Of a stretch of 64,000 nt of DNA, positions 20,175-30,772 are shown piece after piece. The stretch spans positions 194,378-258,377 of the forward strand of contig JARXPF010000001.1 of NCBI GenBank assembly GCA_029887765.1, given 5' to 3'. Position 1 is the stretch's first letter. The number at the start of each line of letters is the position of its first letter. The notes under the pieces are model-generated. The model saw nothing but the letters and a program-made list of their open reading frames with translations. It searched no databases and was not told the DNA's origin. The DNA comes from Thermoproteota archaeon. Its GTDB lineage: Archaea > Thermoproteota > Methanomethylicia > Methanomethylicales > Methanomethylicaceae. Position numbers and translations under genes: made by a program.

Positions 20175-20706
20175 AATATAAATCTTCATTTATACGAGGG
20201 ATTAAGGCCATTATTACTGCTATTTCTGTTATAATTTCTCTATTTAATATATTTTTTGAAAAATATCCAATTGCACCTTCTTCTTGTCCTATTTTTTGCT
20301 TACCAGTAATTTCAGCCATAATTTTATTTACTTCAATTTTTTCTTTCATAATTCTATTTATTATAAAAGAAGGATACTCAAATGCAGGTCCACCTCCTAT
20401 AGTAATTCTCCCAAATCTATCAATTATTGCAGCAAATTGTTGATCCATATAACCAGAAATTGTATAAGGAATTTGAATAATTCCAGCCTCTATTCCTACA
20501 CCAAAATTTGCTTTTTCTTCTAATTTTAAAGCTTCTTTAGCTCTTGAAATTGCACCTTTTATAACAGTAGTTAATCCTATAGGTTGAGGAGGGGCTTTTG
20601 AAATTACAGGACACATAATAACTTCAACATTTTTAAAAAATTTAGAAAATGCTCTTTCAACAGCCTTAACTTTTATTGGATTTGAAGTCCCAACTACTAC
20701 AATCAT
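20161..20706 (-). CDS. non-canonical purine NTP phosphatase (DUF84/YjjX-like)
   Basis: VVVGTSNPIKVKAV and GIEAG motifs, 181 aa. Confidence 0.6.
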   Translation of the reverse strand: MIVVVGTSNPIKVKAVERAFSKFFKNVEVIMCPVISKAPPQPIGLTTVIKGAISRAKEALKLEEKANFGVGIEAGIIQIPYTISGYMDQQFAAIIDRFGRITIGGGPAFEYPSFIINRIMKEKIEVNKIMAEITGKQKIGQEEGAIGYFSKNILNREIITEIAVIMALIPRINEDLYFNKF

Positions 20707-20752
20707 ACTATCACCATAATGAATAATATTTAGATTAAATTTATTTTATGTT

Positions 20753-21820
20753 ATGTATAAGAATAGACAAAAAGCTCTATTAAGACTTATACAAAATGAA
20801 GATTTAGATGGTATATTAATTACATCTAATGAAAACATATTTTATTTTACTGGAGCACCTTTTATAAAAGATAGTTTTTGTAAAATTCTTTATTTTAATA
20901 AAGATGGAAATTTATATTTAATAGTATCAGTCATAGATTATCAAGAAGTTATTGATAGTGTAAGTGATGTAGAAATAATAAAAGCTGAAAAAGGACTTTT
21001 TGAGGAAATTAAAAAATATATGGGAAGAAAAATTGGATTTGAAGAAAAGGTCATGAATCAAAAAATGTATCAATCTTTAATTAAAGATTATGAATTAATT
21101 CCAATTAGTGATTATATTGAAAAAATGCGTGAAATAAAGGATGATAAAGAAGTTCAAATTATAAAAGAAGTTCAAAAATTAACAGAAAAAGCACTATATG
21201 AAGCTATTCAAAATTTTTCAGAAAATATGAGTGAATTAGAATTAGCTGCAGAATTAGAATATTTTGTAAGGAAATTAGGAGCTGAAACTTATGCATTTGA
21301 CACAATTGTAGCATCAGGATATAGAAGTGCATATCCACATGGATTGCCTTCAAAAAAACGAGTAAAAAAAGGCGAAGGTGTTATAATTGATATTGGAGCA
21401 AGATTTTGTGGTTATTGTTCTGATATAACTAGAACTATATTTTTTGGCAATCCAACAAAAAAAATGATGGAAGTTTATGAAGCTGTGCTTAATGCACAAG
21501 AAGAAGCAATTAAGGTAGTAAAACCAGGAATGAAATGCAAGGATCTTGATGAAATTGCAAGAAATGTACTTAAGGAATATGGTTATGATGAATATTTTAT
21601 TCATGGACTTGGACATGGTATTGGAATAAGTGTACATGAACCTCCATATATAAATAGAAAAGGAGAGGAAGAAATTAAAATAGGAAATGTAATAACGATA
21701 GAACCAGGAGTATATATTCCAAAGATAGGAGGAGTAAGAATAGAAGATATAATATTAATAACAGAAGGAGGATGTAAAAATTTAACAGAATTTAGTAAAG
21801 AATTATATAAAGTGGGATGA
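20753..21820 (+). CDS. Xaa-Pro aminopeptidase/dipeptidase (M24)
   Basis: HGLGHGIGISVHEPP and pita-bread metal ligands. Confidence 0.8.
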   Translation: MYKNRQKALLRLIQNEDLDGILITSNENIFYFTGAPFIKDSFCKILYFNKDGNLYLIVSVIDYQEVIDSVSDVEIIKAEKGLFEEIKKYMGRKIGFEEKVMNQKMYQSLIKDYELIPISDYIEKMREIKDDKEVQIIKEVQKLTEKALYEAIQNFSENMSELELAAELEYFVRKLGAETYAFDTIVASGYRSAYPHGLPSKKRVKKGEGVIIDIGARFCGYCSDITRTIFFGNPTKKMMEVYEAVLNAQEEAIKVVKPGMKCKDLDEIARNVLKEYGYDEYFIHGLGHGIGISVHEPPYINRKGEEEIKIGNVITIEPGVYIPKIGGVRIEDIILITEGGCKNLTEFSKELYKVG

Positions 21821-22617
21821 AGTTGTTGAAAAAATTTTTGAATTATATAGAGAGAAGGATTTTGAAATATATCTATAACTATTATGAAAATAAATTATTG
21901 GAAATTGTAAAAAAAGGAAATATGCCAGAACATGTTGGATTAATACTAGATGGAAATAGAAGATGGGCTATTGAATTAGGACTATCTCCAGAAAAAGGTC
22001 ATGAATTTGGATTTGAAAAAGCAAAAGAAGTACTAAAATGGTGTTGGGATCTTGGAATAAAAGTTGTTACAATTTATGTACTTTCTACAGAGAATTTAAA
22101 AAGAGATGAAAAAGAATTAAAGCATTTATTTTGGCTTATAAAAAAAGGATTAATTGAAATACTGAATAATCCAGATTTAGAAAAATATAAAGTAAAAATA
22201 AAAGCAATAGGAAGATTAGAATATTTGGATGACGATATTATAGATTTAATAAAAAAAGTTGAAGAAAAAACAAAGAATTATGAAGAAAATAGATTGTATA
22301 TAGCTATAGCTTATGGAGGAAGAGCTGAAATAGTAGATGCTACAAGGAAAATTGTAGATGCAATAATTAAAGGAGATTTAAGAAAAGAAGATATCAATGA
22401 AGATATATTTTCTAAATTCTTATATACTCAAGGAGATAAAGATCCAGATTTAATAATAAGAACTTCTGGTGAAGAAAGATTAAGTGGATTTTTATTATGG
22501 CAAAGTGCGTATTCTGAATTATATTTTATGGATGTATATTGGCCTGAAATAAGGAAAATAGATCTTTTAAGAGCTATAAGAACATATCAAAAAAGAACAC
22601 GAAGATTTGGAAAATAA
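21817..22617 (+). CDS. uppS: cis-prenyltransferase (UPP synthase family)
   Basis: HVGLILDGNRRWA..IAIAYGGR..RTSGEERLSGFLLWQ. Confidence 0.85.
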   Translation: MKLLKKFLNYIERRILKYIYNYYENKLLEIVKKGNMPEHVGLILDGNRRWAIELGLSPEKGHEFGFEKAKEVLKWCWDLGIKVVTIYVLSTENLKRDEKELKHLFWLIKKGLIEILNNPDLEKYKVKIKAIGRLEYLDDDIIDLIKKVEEKTKNYEENRLYIAIAYGGRAEIVDATRKIVDAIIKGDLRKEDINEDIFSKFLYTQGDKDPDLIIRTSGEERLSGFLLWQSAYSELYFMDVYWPEIRKIDLLRAIRTYQKRTRRFGK

Positions 22618-22668
22618 TTTTACGCATAATTTATTAATTTGATAATTTAATTTAATTATGGGATAGAA

Positions 22669-22866
22669 ATGTTAATATGTCCTGAATGTGGAGGAGACAT
22701 GAGATTTCAGTCATCAATTAGAAGATATGTATGTTTAAGCTGTGGACTTTCATTAACAAGAGATGAAATTGATGAAATAAAAGCAAAATACAAAAGTGAA
22801 ATAAAAAATGAAAAAGAAGAAATAAAAAAAGAGTACATAAAGTGGTGGACTAAATCTAAGAAATAA
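22669..22866 (+). CDS. C4 zinc-ribbon protein with Lys/Glu-rich tail
   Basis: CPECGG..CLSCG, 65 aa. Confidence 0.4.
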   Translation: MLICPECGGDMRFQSSIRRYVCLSCGLSLTRDEIDEIKAKYKSEIKNEKEEIKKEYIKWWTKSKK

Positions 22867-22909
22867 AACTTTTATTTTTTATTTTAAATCTTTTAAAAGG
22901 GGATTTCTT

Positions 22910-23665
22910 ATGAATTTTATATATATCTTAGGGACTGCAGGTTCTGGTAAATCAGCTCTTACAGCAGCTCTTTTAGATATATTAAGAGCTGATGATCTTA
23001 ATGTTATAGCAGTCAATTTAGATCCTGGAGTAAGATGGCTTCCATATGGAGTAGATGTAGATATAAGAGATTATATAAATTATGATAGAATTGCTGAAGA
23101 ATATCAACTTGGCCCAAATGGAGCATTAATTGCTTGTGTAGATTCTGCAATAAATTATATTAATGAAATGAGAAAAGAAATTGAAAAATTAGAGCCAGAT
23201 TATGTATTAATAGATACACCTGGACAAATGGAGCTTTTTGCTTATAGAGATTCAGGAACTTTAATTACATCTATGCTATCAAAAGAAGGATATTCAATAA
23301 TTTTTCTAGCAGATTCGATTTTCTTAAATAGACCTTCTGATTTTGTATCAATTATGCTATTATCATATTCAGTTCACGTTAGATTTCGTGCTCCTCAAAT
23401 AAATTGTATTTCAAAAATAGATTTACTTTCTGATGAAGAATTAAAAAAAGCATGTGAGTGGATTGAAGATCCAAATATTCTTAAACAAGCTTTTCTATCA
23501 GAAGGAGGAGATCTTAAAAGAGAAATTTCTGAAAGAATTTTTGAATCTATAATGGAAATGGGAGGACCAGGAGAATTTATATTTATCTCATCCTATAGTG
23601 GACAAGGAATGGATGATCTCTACGCTCAAATACAGCGAATCCATACCGGAGGAATTAACATTTGA
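22910..23665 (+). CDS. GPN-loop GTPase
   Basis: GTAGSGKS Walker A, QLGPNGAL GPN motif, DTPGQ. Confidence 0.75.
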   Translation: MNFIYILGTAGSGKSALTAALLDILRADDLNVIAVNLDPGVRWLPYGVDVDIRDYINYDRIAEEYQLGPNGALIACVDSAINYINEMRKEIEKLEPDYVLIDTPGQMELFAYRDSGTLITSMLSKEGYSIIFLADSIFLNRPSDFVSIMLLSYSVHVRFRAPQINCISKIDLLSDEELKKACEWIEDPNILKQAFLSEGGDLKREISERIFESIMEMGGPGEFIFISSYSGQGMDDLYAQIQRIHTGGINI

Positions 23666-24519
23666 TGAATGAAATACAAAATTTAGCTAAACAAATTCAT
23701 AATTTAGAAAATTTACTTAATAAAAACTATTCAAAATTTAATGAACTAAAAAATAAGAAAAAAGAAATAATAGAAAAATTAAAATCAATTAATGAAAAAA
23801 TTTTAGAATTAAAAAATAATAGAGATGAGATAAATAAAAAAATTAGTGAAAAAAAGAAAATAAGAGAAGAACTAAATAATAAATGTAAAGAAATTAATGA
23901 AAAAATAAAAATTTTATTATTAAATAAAAAAGAACTTCTACAATTAGTTAAAGATAGTGAAGTTAAACTTTTAAATCAATTAAAAGAATTAGATTGGAAA
24001 CAACAAACAACACCTCTATCACTTGAAGAAGAAAAAAGACTTTTACAAAAAAGGAGTGAAATTGAAAGAAAATTATTAGTTTATAAACAAGTAAGAGAAT
24101 TAGATCAAAAGATTTCATTATTTAAAAATGAAGTAGAAAAATTAAGAAATGAAGCAAATTCTACTCATAATGAAATAATAACATTAGCTGAAGAATCAAA
24201 AGAATATCATGAAAATATATTAAAGTTAATTGAAGAAAAAAATTCAATAAAACAAGAATTGAATAAAATTAATGAAGAAATAATTTCATTAAAAAATATT
24301 ATAATTAATCAAAAAAGAGAGTTGCATGAATTAAATTCAAATTATAAGAAATTAATGGAAAAAATTATGGAGAAAAAAGTAGAAGAACTTGCTGAAGAAA
24401 CAAAGAAAATTTTTAAAACACGAATGGAATTAGCTAAAAAAGCTGAAGAAAAGATGAAGAATGGAGAAAAACTAACTTTTGAAGAATTCATGGCTATTTT
24501 ATCATTTAAAAAAGATTAA
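23662..24519 (+). CDS. coiled-coil protein (K/E/N-rich)
   Basis: 285 aa with heptad-like low complexity, overlapping the GTPase stop. Confidence 0.4.
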   Translation: MMNEIQNLAKQIHNLENLLNKNYSKFNELKNKKKEIIEKLKSINEKILELKNNRDEINKKISEKKKIREELNNKCKEINEKIKILLLNKKELLQLVKDSEVKLLNQLKELDWKQQTTPLSLEEEKRLLQKRSEIERKLLVYKQVRELDQKISLFKNEVEKLRNEANSTHNEIITLAEESKEYHENILKLIEEKNSIKQELNKINEEIISLKNIIINQKRELHELNSNYKKLMEKIMEKKVEELAEETKKIFKTRMELAKKAEEKMKNGEKLTFEEFMAILSFKKD

Positions 24520-24585
24520 GGCAATTTAAATTAATATATTTAAATTTTTCCATAATGATTTTAAATAACATATTATAAAATTTTA

Positions 24586-25653
24586 TTGAATATAATGAAA
24601 AGAAGAATTCTCATATTAAGTGTAGATAAAGATAATGACATAGGTAGGGTTACTGGACTATCTACACCTATAATTGGAAAGAATGAAGTTCTTTCAGCAG
24701 CAATTCAATTTGCTATTAAAAGTCCAGAAGATTCTGATGTTAATTCTATATTTGCAGCAATTAATATCTATGAAACTTTGGTAAAAGAAGGGCAAGAATG
24801 TGAAATTGCTATAATAACTGGTTTACCAGAAGGAGGCTATAAATCAGATTTAAAAATTTCATCAGAAATGGATAAAGTTTTACAAGTATTTAAAGCAGAT
24901 GGAACTATATTTGTGAGTGATGGAGTGGCTGATGAACAAGTTGTTCCAATAATACAATCAAAAATACCAATAATATCTATAAAACGCACTTTTGTTCAAC
25001 AAGAAAAAAGTGTAGAAGAAACATATATTTTATTATATAGATATTTTAAAAAACTTACAGATCCTGAATATTCAAAAATTGCACTTGGAGTTCCAGGAAT
25101 TGTAATATTCATTGTTACAATATTATATTTACTTAATTTATTGAATTATGTTGCAATCCTATTGGGATTAGTATTTAGTCTAGTATTAATTGTAAAAGGT
25201 TTTAATATTGATAAAATGGTAAAATCAGCATGGTCAGAATCTCCAATTAAATTAATAACTTCATTAATTGGAGTAATTGTTTCAGTTATTGCATTTTATC
25301 GAGGTGTAGGAGTTGCATTAATAGAAATTCCACTTTCATGGGAAAATTTGAATTTATTTATAGGATTAGTATTATTAAATACCATAGACTTATTGGCCTT
25401 AGGATTTGGAGTTTATATTATAGGAAGACTAGTAGTTAAGTATTTAGATGAAGATCCAAAGATATGGCATGAAATAGTATCCCTAGTAGGGATATTTTTT
25501 ATAAGACAAATAGTAATAGAAGCTTCTATTATTATAAGAGATCCAAAAGCAAGTTTAATACCATTTTTATTAGCTGCTGGACTAGGAGTCTTAGTATGTG
25601 GTTTTCTTGTAACAATATTTTCAATAAAACCTATATTCTTTAAAAAAAATTAA
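24586..25653 (+). CDS. DUF373-family membrane protein
   Basis: Soluble N-domain (ILSVDKDNDIGRVTG) plus a C-terminal polytopic membrane domain. Confidence 0.5.
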   Translation: MNIMKRRILILSVDKDNDIGRVTGLSTPIIGKNEVLSAAIQFAIKSPEDSDVNSIFAAINIYETLVKEGQECEIAIITGLPEGGYKSDLKISSEMDKVLQVFKADGTIFVSDGVADEQVVPIIQSKIPIISIKRTFVQQEKSVEETYILLYRYFKKLTDPEYSKIALGVPGIVIFIVTILYLLNLLNYVAILLGLVFSLVLIVKGFNIDKMVKSAWSESPIKLITSLIGVIVSVIAFYRGVGVALIEIPLSWENLNLFIGLVLLNTIDLLALGFGVYIIGRLVVKYLDEDPKIWHEIVSLVGIFFIRQIVIEASIIIRDPKASLIPFLLAAGLGVLVCGFLVTIFSIKPIFFKKN

Positions 25654-26763
25654 GTTATTACATTAGTTAAACCATAATTCTTTACCATTTCTAAAGCTCT
25701 TCTCCATTCCATAGCTGTTAATCTTCTATTAATTTCAGGAATTTCACGAGCTCTCCAATGTGGAGTATATTGATCCATTAAATTAACTCTAGTATTATGA
25801 CCAAGTTCTTTTGCTATAAATTCTAAAATTTTTGATAAACAACAATCTAAATGATTTGGAAGAACTAATATTCTTATAAGTAATTCTCCATTTAACTTAG
25901 CAAGTTTTAAATTTCTAGTTATTATCTCCATATAATTAGGAGCGTCTGAAATTCTTTTTGCACATTCATTATTTCCATATTTAAAATCAATTTTATAAAT
26001 ATCAACAATACCTCTTAATAATTCTGCAGCTTCTATAGTATAATAACCATTTGTATTAAAGAATACTGGCATATTCTCTTTTTCATATAAAAGAACCCTA
26101 AGCCAAAATGGAATATGAGGTATTGGGTCTCCTCCTACCCAATTTTGATTTCTACATCCTCTTCTTCTTGCATCATCTATTAATAAAGCCAATTCTTTTT
26201 CAGTATAATATTCTCCTTTTTCAAATTGTTGACTTATAGTCCAATTTTGACAATGAAGACATTTAAAATTACATCCCAAGCTAATTCGGCCGGCTATGAT
26301 AGCCGTATACCGTAAAGCTTGGGACTATTTCAGGTTCTTCTCCCATATGGTCAAAGTATGATGATACAAACATTTCCTTTCCAATTCTACAATATCCAAG
26401 ATTGTTTTCTATTCTATTTTTCATACATCTATGTTCACAAAGAATACAACATTTTAAAATTTCATCAGCTATAATGGATTTAAGATGAAGTAATGAAAAT
26501 TTAGGAATAATTATTTCAGAGGGTTTAATACTTCCTTCATCTAATAATTTTTCTAATCTATTATATTCAATAATTGCTTTTTCATGTACTTTCCAAAGTT
26601 CTTTCAAGTCTTTAGTAGAAATTTCTTCTACAGCAATCATTCTAGCAATTTTAAATTTTGCAAGTTTCTTATTTTTTACAATATCTACATATCTTGGTAA
26701 TGCTTCCAAAACTTTTGGATCTTCAAGAGCAGAAACTGCATCTGGACGATAAAGAAACCACAA
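25650..26763 (-). pseudogene. PflX-like radical SAM enzyme (COG1313-like), split by a frameshift into 26281-26763 (N-terminal part) and 25650-26324 (C-terminal part)
   Basis: N-terminal part has CILCEHRC..GYCRIG; C-terminal part starts LGCNFKCLHCQNW (CxxxCxxC). The two frames overlap over 26281-26324 around the palindrome ggccggctatgatagccg. Confidence 0.55.
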
Positions 26764-26774
26764 ATTTACCCCCC

Positions 26775-27773
26775 CTAAATAATAATATTTATCTCATTAT
26801 TACAATATACACATCTCTTACCTTTAAGTTTAATATCTAATATTTCAAAACCAAGTCTTTTTATTACAACATTATTACAATTAGGACAATAAGTATTTTC
26901 ATATCTATGACCAGGAACATTTCCTAAATATACATATTTCAATCCAAAATCCTTAGCAATTCCATAAAATTCTTCTAATAATTTTATTGAAGGAGGGGGA
27001 CTTTCAGTATACATATAGCTTGGGAAAAATCTTAAAATGTGTAATGGAATAGATTCTCCAAGTTCGTCTAATATCCATTTTACTAATTTAATAAATGCTT
27101 CTTTTGAATCTCCTCCTCCAGTTACAATTAAATTTGTTATTTCAATAAATATTGATTTACGCTTCATTTCCATTAATGCTTGATATATAGGTGAAACATC
27201 TGGAACTTTACAAAACTTTTTATAAAAATCAGGATCACCACTGCCTTTGAAATCTACAGTAGCAGCATTAAGATAACCATTTATTAAATCAATTGCTTCT
27301 GGCGTAATATAACCATTAGTTACAAAAGTATTATAAATTCCTTCTTTATGTGCTAATTTAGCAGTATCATAAGCATATTCAAAGAATATAGTAGGCTCAG
27401 TATAGGTATAACTAATACATTTACATTTATACATTTTTGCCATTTTAACAATTCTTTCTGGTGGAATATCTTCTCCTTTTACTTCTCTATCTTGACTTAT
27501 ACACCAATTATCACAAAAGACACATCTAAAATTACAACCCACAGTAGCTAATGAAAAAGTTAATGCTCCTGGATAAAAATGAAAAAGAGGCTTTTTTTCT
27601 ATTGGATCAATAGCATAAGATACAGCCTTACCATAGACTAATGTATAAAGAGTCCCATTTCTATTTTCTCTAACTCCACATATACCTCTTTTTCCAGGAT
27701 GAATAGTACATCTAAAACCACATAATTTACACTTTACAATAGAATTTAATTTTTCATATAGCATTGCTTCCAA
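26775..27773 (-). CDS. amrS: AmmeMemoRadiSam-system radical SAM enzyme (PflA-like)
   Basis: CKLCGFRC..GICGVRENRNG..VGCNFRCVFCDNW. Confidence 0.7.
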   Translation of the reverse strand: MEAMLYEKLNSIVKCKLCGFRCTIHPGKRGICGVRENRNGTLYTLVYGKAVSYAIDPIEKKPLFHFYPGALTFSLATVGCNFRCVFCDNWCISQDREVKGEDIPPERIVKMAKMYKCKCISYTYTEPTIFFEYAYDTAKLAHKEGIYNTFVTNGYITPEAIDLINGYLNAATVDFKGSGDPDFYKKFCKVPDVSPIYQALMEMKRKSIFIEITNLIVTGGGDSKEAFIKLVKWILDELGESIPLHILRFFPSYMYTESPPPSIKLLEEFYGIAKDFGLKYVYLGNVPGHRYENTYCPNCNNVVIKRLGFEILDIKLKGKRCVYCNNEINIII

Positions 27774-27979
27774 TAGGAATTCACCATATAAAATTTCGTT
27801 GAGAGATTCATAAACTTTCGTTATTTATTTACATAAAATTTTTCGAGTTTGTTTAAGTATATAATTATTTTTATAATTAAATTTTTCTAAATTATCAATT
27901 TTAAATTATTAATTTTTAAAATCAATGAAAAACCATAAAGATTTAAAGAGAAAATATTTAATCTTGATGTGGTGAAATT

Positions 27980-28849
27980 ATGATAGTAATTTATGGACCC
28001 TCTTCATTAAAATTAGGAGAAAGAGTAGCAAATCAACTTAATGTTAAAGGTTTAAAGATAGATCATAAAATTTTTCCTGATGGTGAGTCTTATATAAGAA
28101 TTCCTGAAAATATTGTAGGAGAAGATATTGTATTAATACATTCAACTTATCCAAATCAAGATAAGAGAATTATTGAATTATTGCTTACAATAGATGCTTT
28201 AAGAGATTTAGGGGCTAAGAGTATAAAAGTAATTGTTCCATATCTTGCTTATGCTAGACAAGATAGTAGATTTAGAGATGGAGAAGCCATTAGTATAAAT
28301 ACTATATTAAAATTAATAGAGAAAATAGGAGCAGATGAATTTTTAACTATAGATATTCATAAAGAACATTCTTTAAATATTTTAAAAATAAAAGCAAAAA
28401 ATATTATGGCAATAGATGCTATAGCTGATTTTTTAAAAAAAATAGACTTAGATACACCATTTATTTTATCTCCAGATAAAGGAGGATTAGAAAGAGCGAA
28501 ATTATTAGGAGAAAAATTAGGATTAGAATATGGATATTTTGAAAAAATAAGAGATAGAATTAGTGGAGCTATTACTATGAAAGGAAAGGAAGTTGATTTT
28601 AATAATAGAGATGTAATTATAATTGATGATGTTATAAGTACTGGAGGAACAATAGCTTCAGCATGTAAAATTGCTAAAGAAAGAAGAGCAAAAAAAGTTA
28701 TTGCTATATGTACTCATGCTCTATTAATTAATAATGCTGTAGAAAGAATGAAATTATCTGGAATAGATGATATTATTGCAACAGATACTGTAGAAGGAGA
28801 ATATAGTAAAATTTCAGTTGCTCAACTTATAGCAAGGGAATTAAAGTGA
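27980..28849 (+). CDS. prs: ribose-phosphate pyrophosphokinase
   Basis: 289 aa, IIDDVISTGGT PRPP-binding loop. Confidence 0.85.
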   Translation: MIVIYGPSSLKLGERVANQLNVKGLKIDHKIFPDGESYIRIPENIVGEDIVLIHSTYPNQDKRIIELLLTIDALRDLGAKSIKVIVPYLAYARQDSRFRDGEAISINTILKLIEKIGADEFLTIDIHKEHSLNILKIKAKNIMAIDAIADFLKKIDLDTPFILSPDKGGLERAKLLGEKLGLEYGYFEKIRDRISGAITMKGKEVDFNNRDVIIIDDVISTGGTIASACKIAKERRAKKVIAICTHALLINNAVERMKLSGIDDIIATDTVEGEYSKISVAQLIARELK

Positions 28850-29871
28850 TTGCCATACTTTTATCAGGAGAACATCCATCAATTCCATATTCTGAAGTTC
28901 ATGCTATATTAAAAGCAGAAGGTATGGAATTTACTGAAATTAATAGATTTAATCAATTAATGATAATTAATGCAAAAAAAGAAGTATGTGAAATATTAAA
29001 AGAAAGAGGGGCATATATTATAGAAGGAGGAGAATTTTTATTTTCTTCTAAACCTTCTATAGATTTTTTAATAAAAGAATGTGAAAAAATTGATTGGAGT
29101 TTAATAAAAGGAAAAAGTTTTGGAGTTAGAGTTTCTAGAGTAAAAGGATTTTGGAGAGAAATATCTTCAATAGAAATAGAGAAAATTGTAGGGGGAATTA
29201 TTAAAAAAAATTCAGACTCTAGAGTAAATTTAGAAAATCCAGATATTTGGATAAGAGGAATTATAACTGATGGTGGAATTTTCTTTTATAAATGTGACTT
29301 TAGAGTAAATAGAAAATCTTTTTATCTTAGACGTCCAAGAAAGAGACCATTCTTTCATCCAGGAGTTTTAGATGTTAAACTTTCAAGAGCTTTTGTTAAT
29401 TTATGTAGAATTAAGAAAGGTGAAATATTTCTTGATCCATTTTGTGGAACTGGAGGATTTTTAATAGAAGCTGCAATGATGGGTATGAAAGCTTATGGAT
29501 TAGATTTAGATGAAAAAATGATTCTAGGTGCAAGAAAGAATTTAAATTATTATAAACTTGATGTAGAATTAATATTAGGTGATGCTAGAAATTTACCAAT
29601 AAATAAAGTAGATGGAATATCAACTGATCCTCCATATGGTAGAGGAACTTCAACTAAAGGAAGCAATATAAAGGATATATTAAATAAATTCCTTGATGAA
29701 GCTTATAGAGTTTTAAAAAATAATAGATATATGTGCATTGCTGCACCTAAAGAAATAGAAATTCAAGAAATAATAAAATTAAAAGGTTATGAAATTCAAG
29801 AAATTCATATAATGAAAGTTCATAAATCTTTAACAAGATCTATATTAGTTGTGAAAAAATATGAATGCTAA
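28846..29871 (+). CDS. trm11: THUMP-domain tRNA (guanine10-N2)-methyltransferase
   Basis: N-terminal THUMP-like region, DPFCGTGGFLIEAA SAM motif, DPPYG. Confidence 0.7.
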   Translation: MIAILLSGEHPSIPYSEVHAILKAEGMEFTEINRFNQLMIINAKKEVCEILKERGAYIIEGGEFLFSSKPSIDFLIKECEKIDWSLIKGKSFGVRVSRVKGFWREISSIEIEKIVGGIIKKNSDSRVNLENPDIWIRGIITDGGIFFYKCDFRVNRKSFYLRRPRKRPFFHPGVLDVKLSRAFVNLCRIKKGEIFLDPFCGTGGFLIEAAMMGMKAYGLDLDEKMILGARKNLNYYKLDVELILGDARNLPINKVDGISTDPPYGRGTSTKGSNIKDILNKFLDEAYRVLKNNRYMCIAAPKEIEIQEIIKLKGYEIQEIHIMKVHKSLTRSILVVKKYEC

Positions 29872-30772
29872 AGTAATAATTTTAGGTTCAGCTGGTGGAC
29901 TTCCTACATCTGAAAGAGGATTACCAGCAATACTTATTGAATATAATGGTGAATTAATATTAATGGATTGTGGAGAAGGTACTCAAAGACAAATAATGAA
30001 AGCAGGATATAGTTTATGTAGAAAAATGAAAATATTCATCACTCATTTACATGGCGATCATATTTTTGGATTACCAGGAATAATACAAAGTATGAATTTA
30101 CTCAATAGAATTCATCCTCTTGAATTATATGGACCAAAAGGGCTTAAAGAGTTTATATATGAAGTTGTGGGAATTGCTAAATGTGAACCTAGTTTTAACT
30201 TAATAGTTAAAGAAATATCAGAAGGAGAAATTCTTTCTTCAAAATATATTAAAGTTTATGGGATTAAAACTGAACATTCTAGAGAAAATATAGCATATAG
30301 CATAATTCTTGGTGGTAGTATTGGAAGATTTTTACCAAATAAAGCAAAAGAACTTGGCATACCTGAAGGTCCACTTTGGGGTATGTTAAAATCTGGAAAA
30401 TCAATTATACTTGAAAATGGAAGAATAATAGAACCTAAGGAAGTTTTAGGAGAGCCTATTCCTGGTATTAAAATAGTATATACTGGAGATACAAGGTATT
30501 GTGAAAAAATAATAGATTTTGCTAATGAAGCAGATTTACTTATACATGAGGCTACATTTGCATCAGATCTTGCAAATAGAGCTTATGAAGAAGGACATTC
30601 TACAGCAGAAGATGCTGCTAAAATAGCTAAAGCTGCAAAAGTAAAAAAATTAGTAATGACGCATATAAGTAGTAGATACAAAGATGCAAAAATTCATGAA
30701 GAAGAAGCAAGAAAAATTTTTGAAAATTCAGAATTTGCAGAAGATTTTAAAACCTATGATTTAAAGAGTTGA
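29861..30772 (+). CDS. rnz: ribonuclease Z (tRNA 3' endonuclease)
   Basis: HLHGDH metallo-beta-lactamase motif, 303 aa. Confidence 0.85.
   Translation: MNAKVIILGSAGGLPTSERGLPAILIEYNGELILMDCGEGTQRQIMKAGYSLCRKMKIFITHLHGDHIFGLPGIIQSMNLLNRIHPLELYGPKGLKEFIYEVVGIAKCEPSFNLIVKEISEGEILSSKYIKVYGIKTEHSRENIAYSIILGGSIGRFLPNKAKELGIPEGPLWGMLKSGKSIILENGRIIEPKEVLGEPIPGIKIVYTGDTRYCEKIIDFANEADLLIHEATFASDLANRAYEEGHSTAEDAAKIAKAAKVKKLVMTHISSRYKDAKIHEEEARKIFENSEFAEDFKTYDLKS

Noticed and set aside
20168-20523. Two plus-strand ORFs (91 aa and 79 aa) inside the DUF84 NTPase gene
   Set aside because: They are shadow ORFs in an AT-rich region and the opposite strand carries a motif-bearing gene.
23662-24519. Possible DNA-level tandem repeat array in the coiled-coil gene
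   Set aside because: The repetition is at the amino-acid, heptad-like level (K/E/N-rich) with no exact nucleotide repeat units. It is not a CRISPR or satellite.
27774-27979. 206-bp AT-rich gap between amrS and prs as a possible ncRNA
   Set aside because: It is a divergent promoter region with simple AT-rich sequence. It has no GC-rich stem content and is more likely just two promoters.
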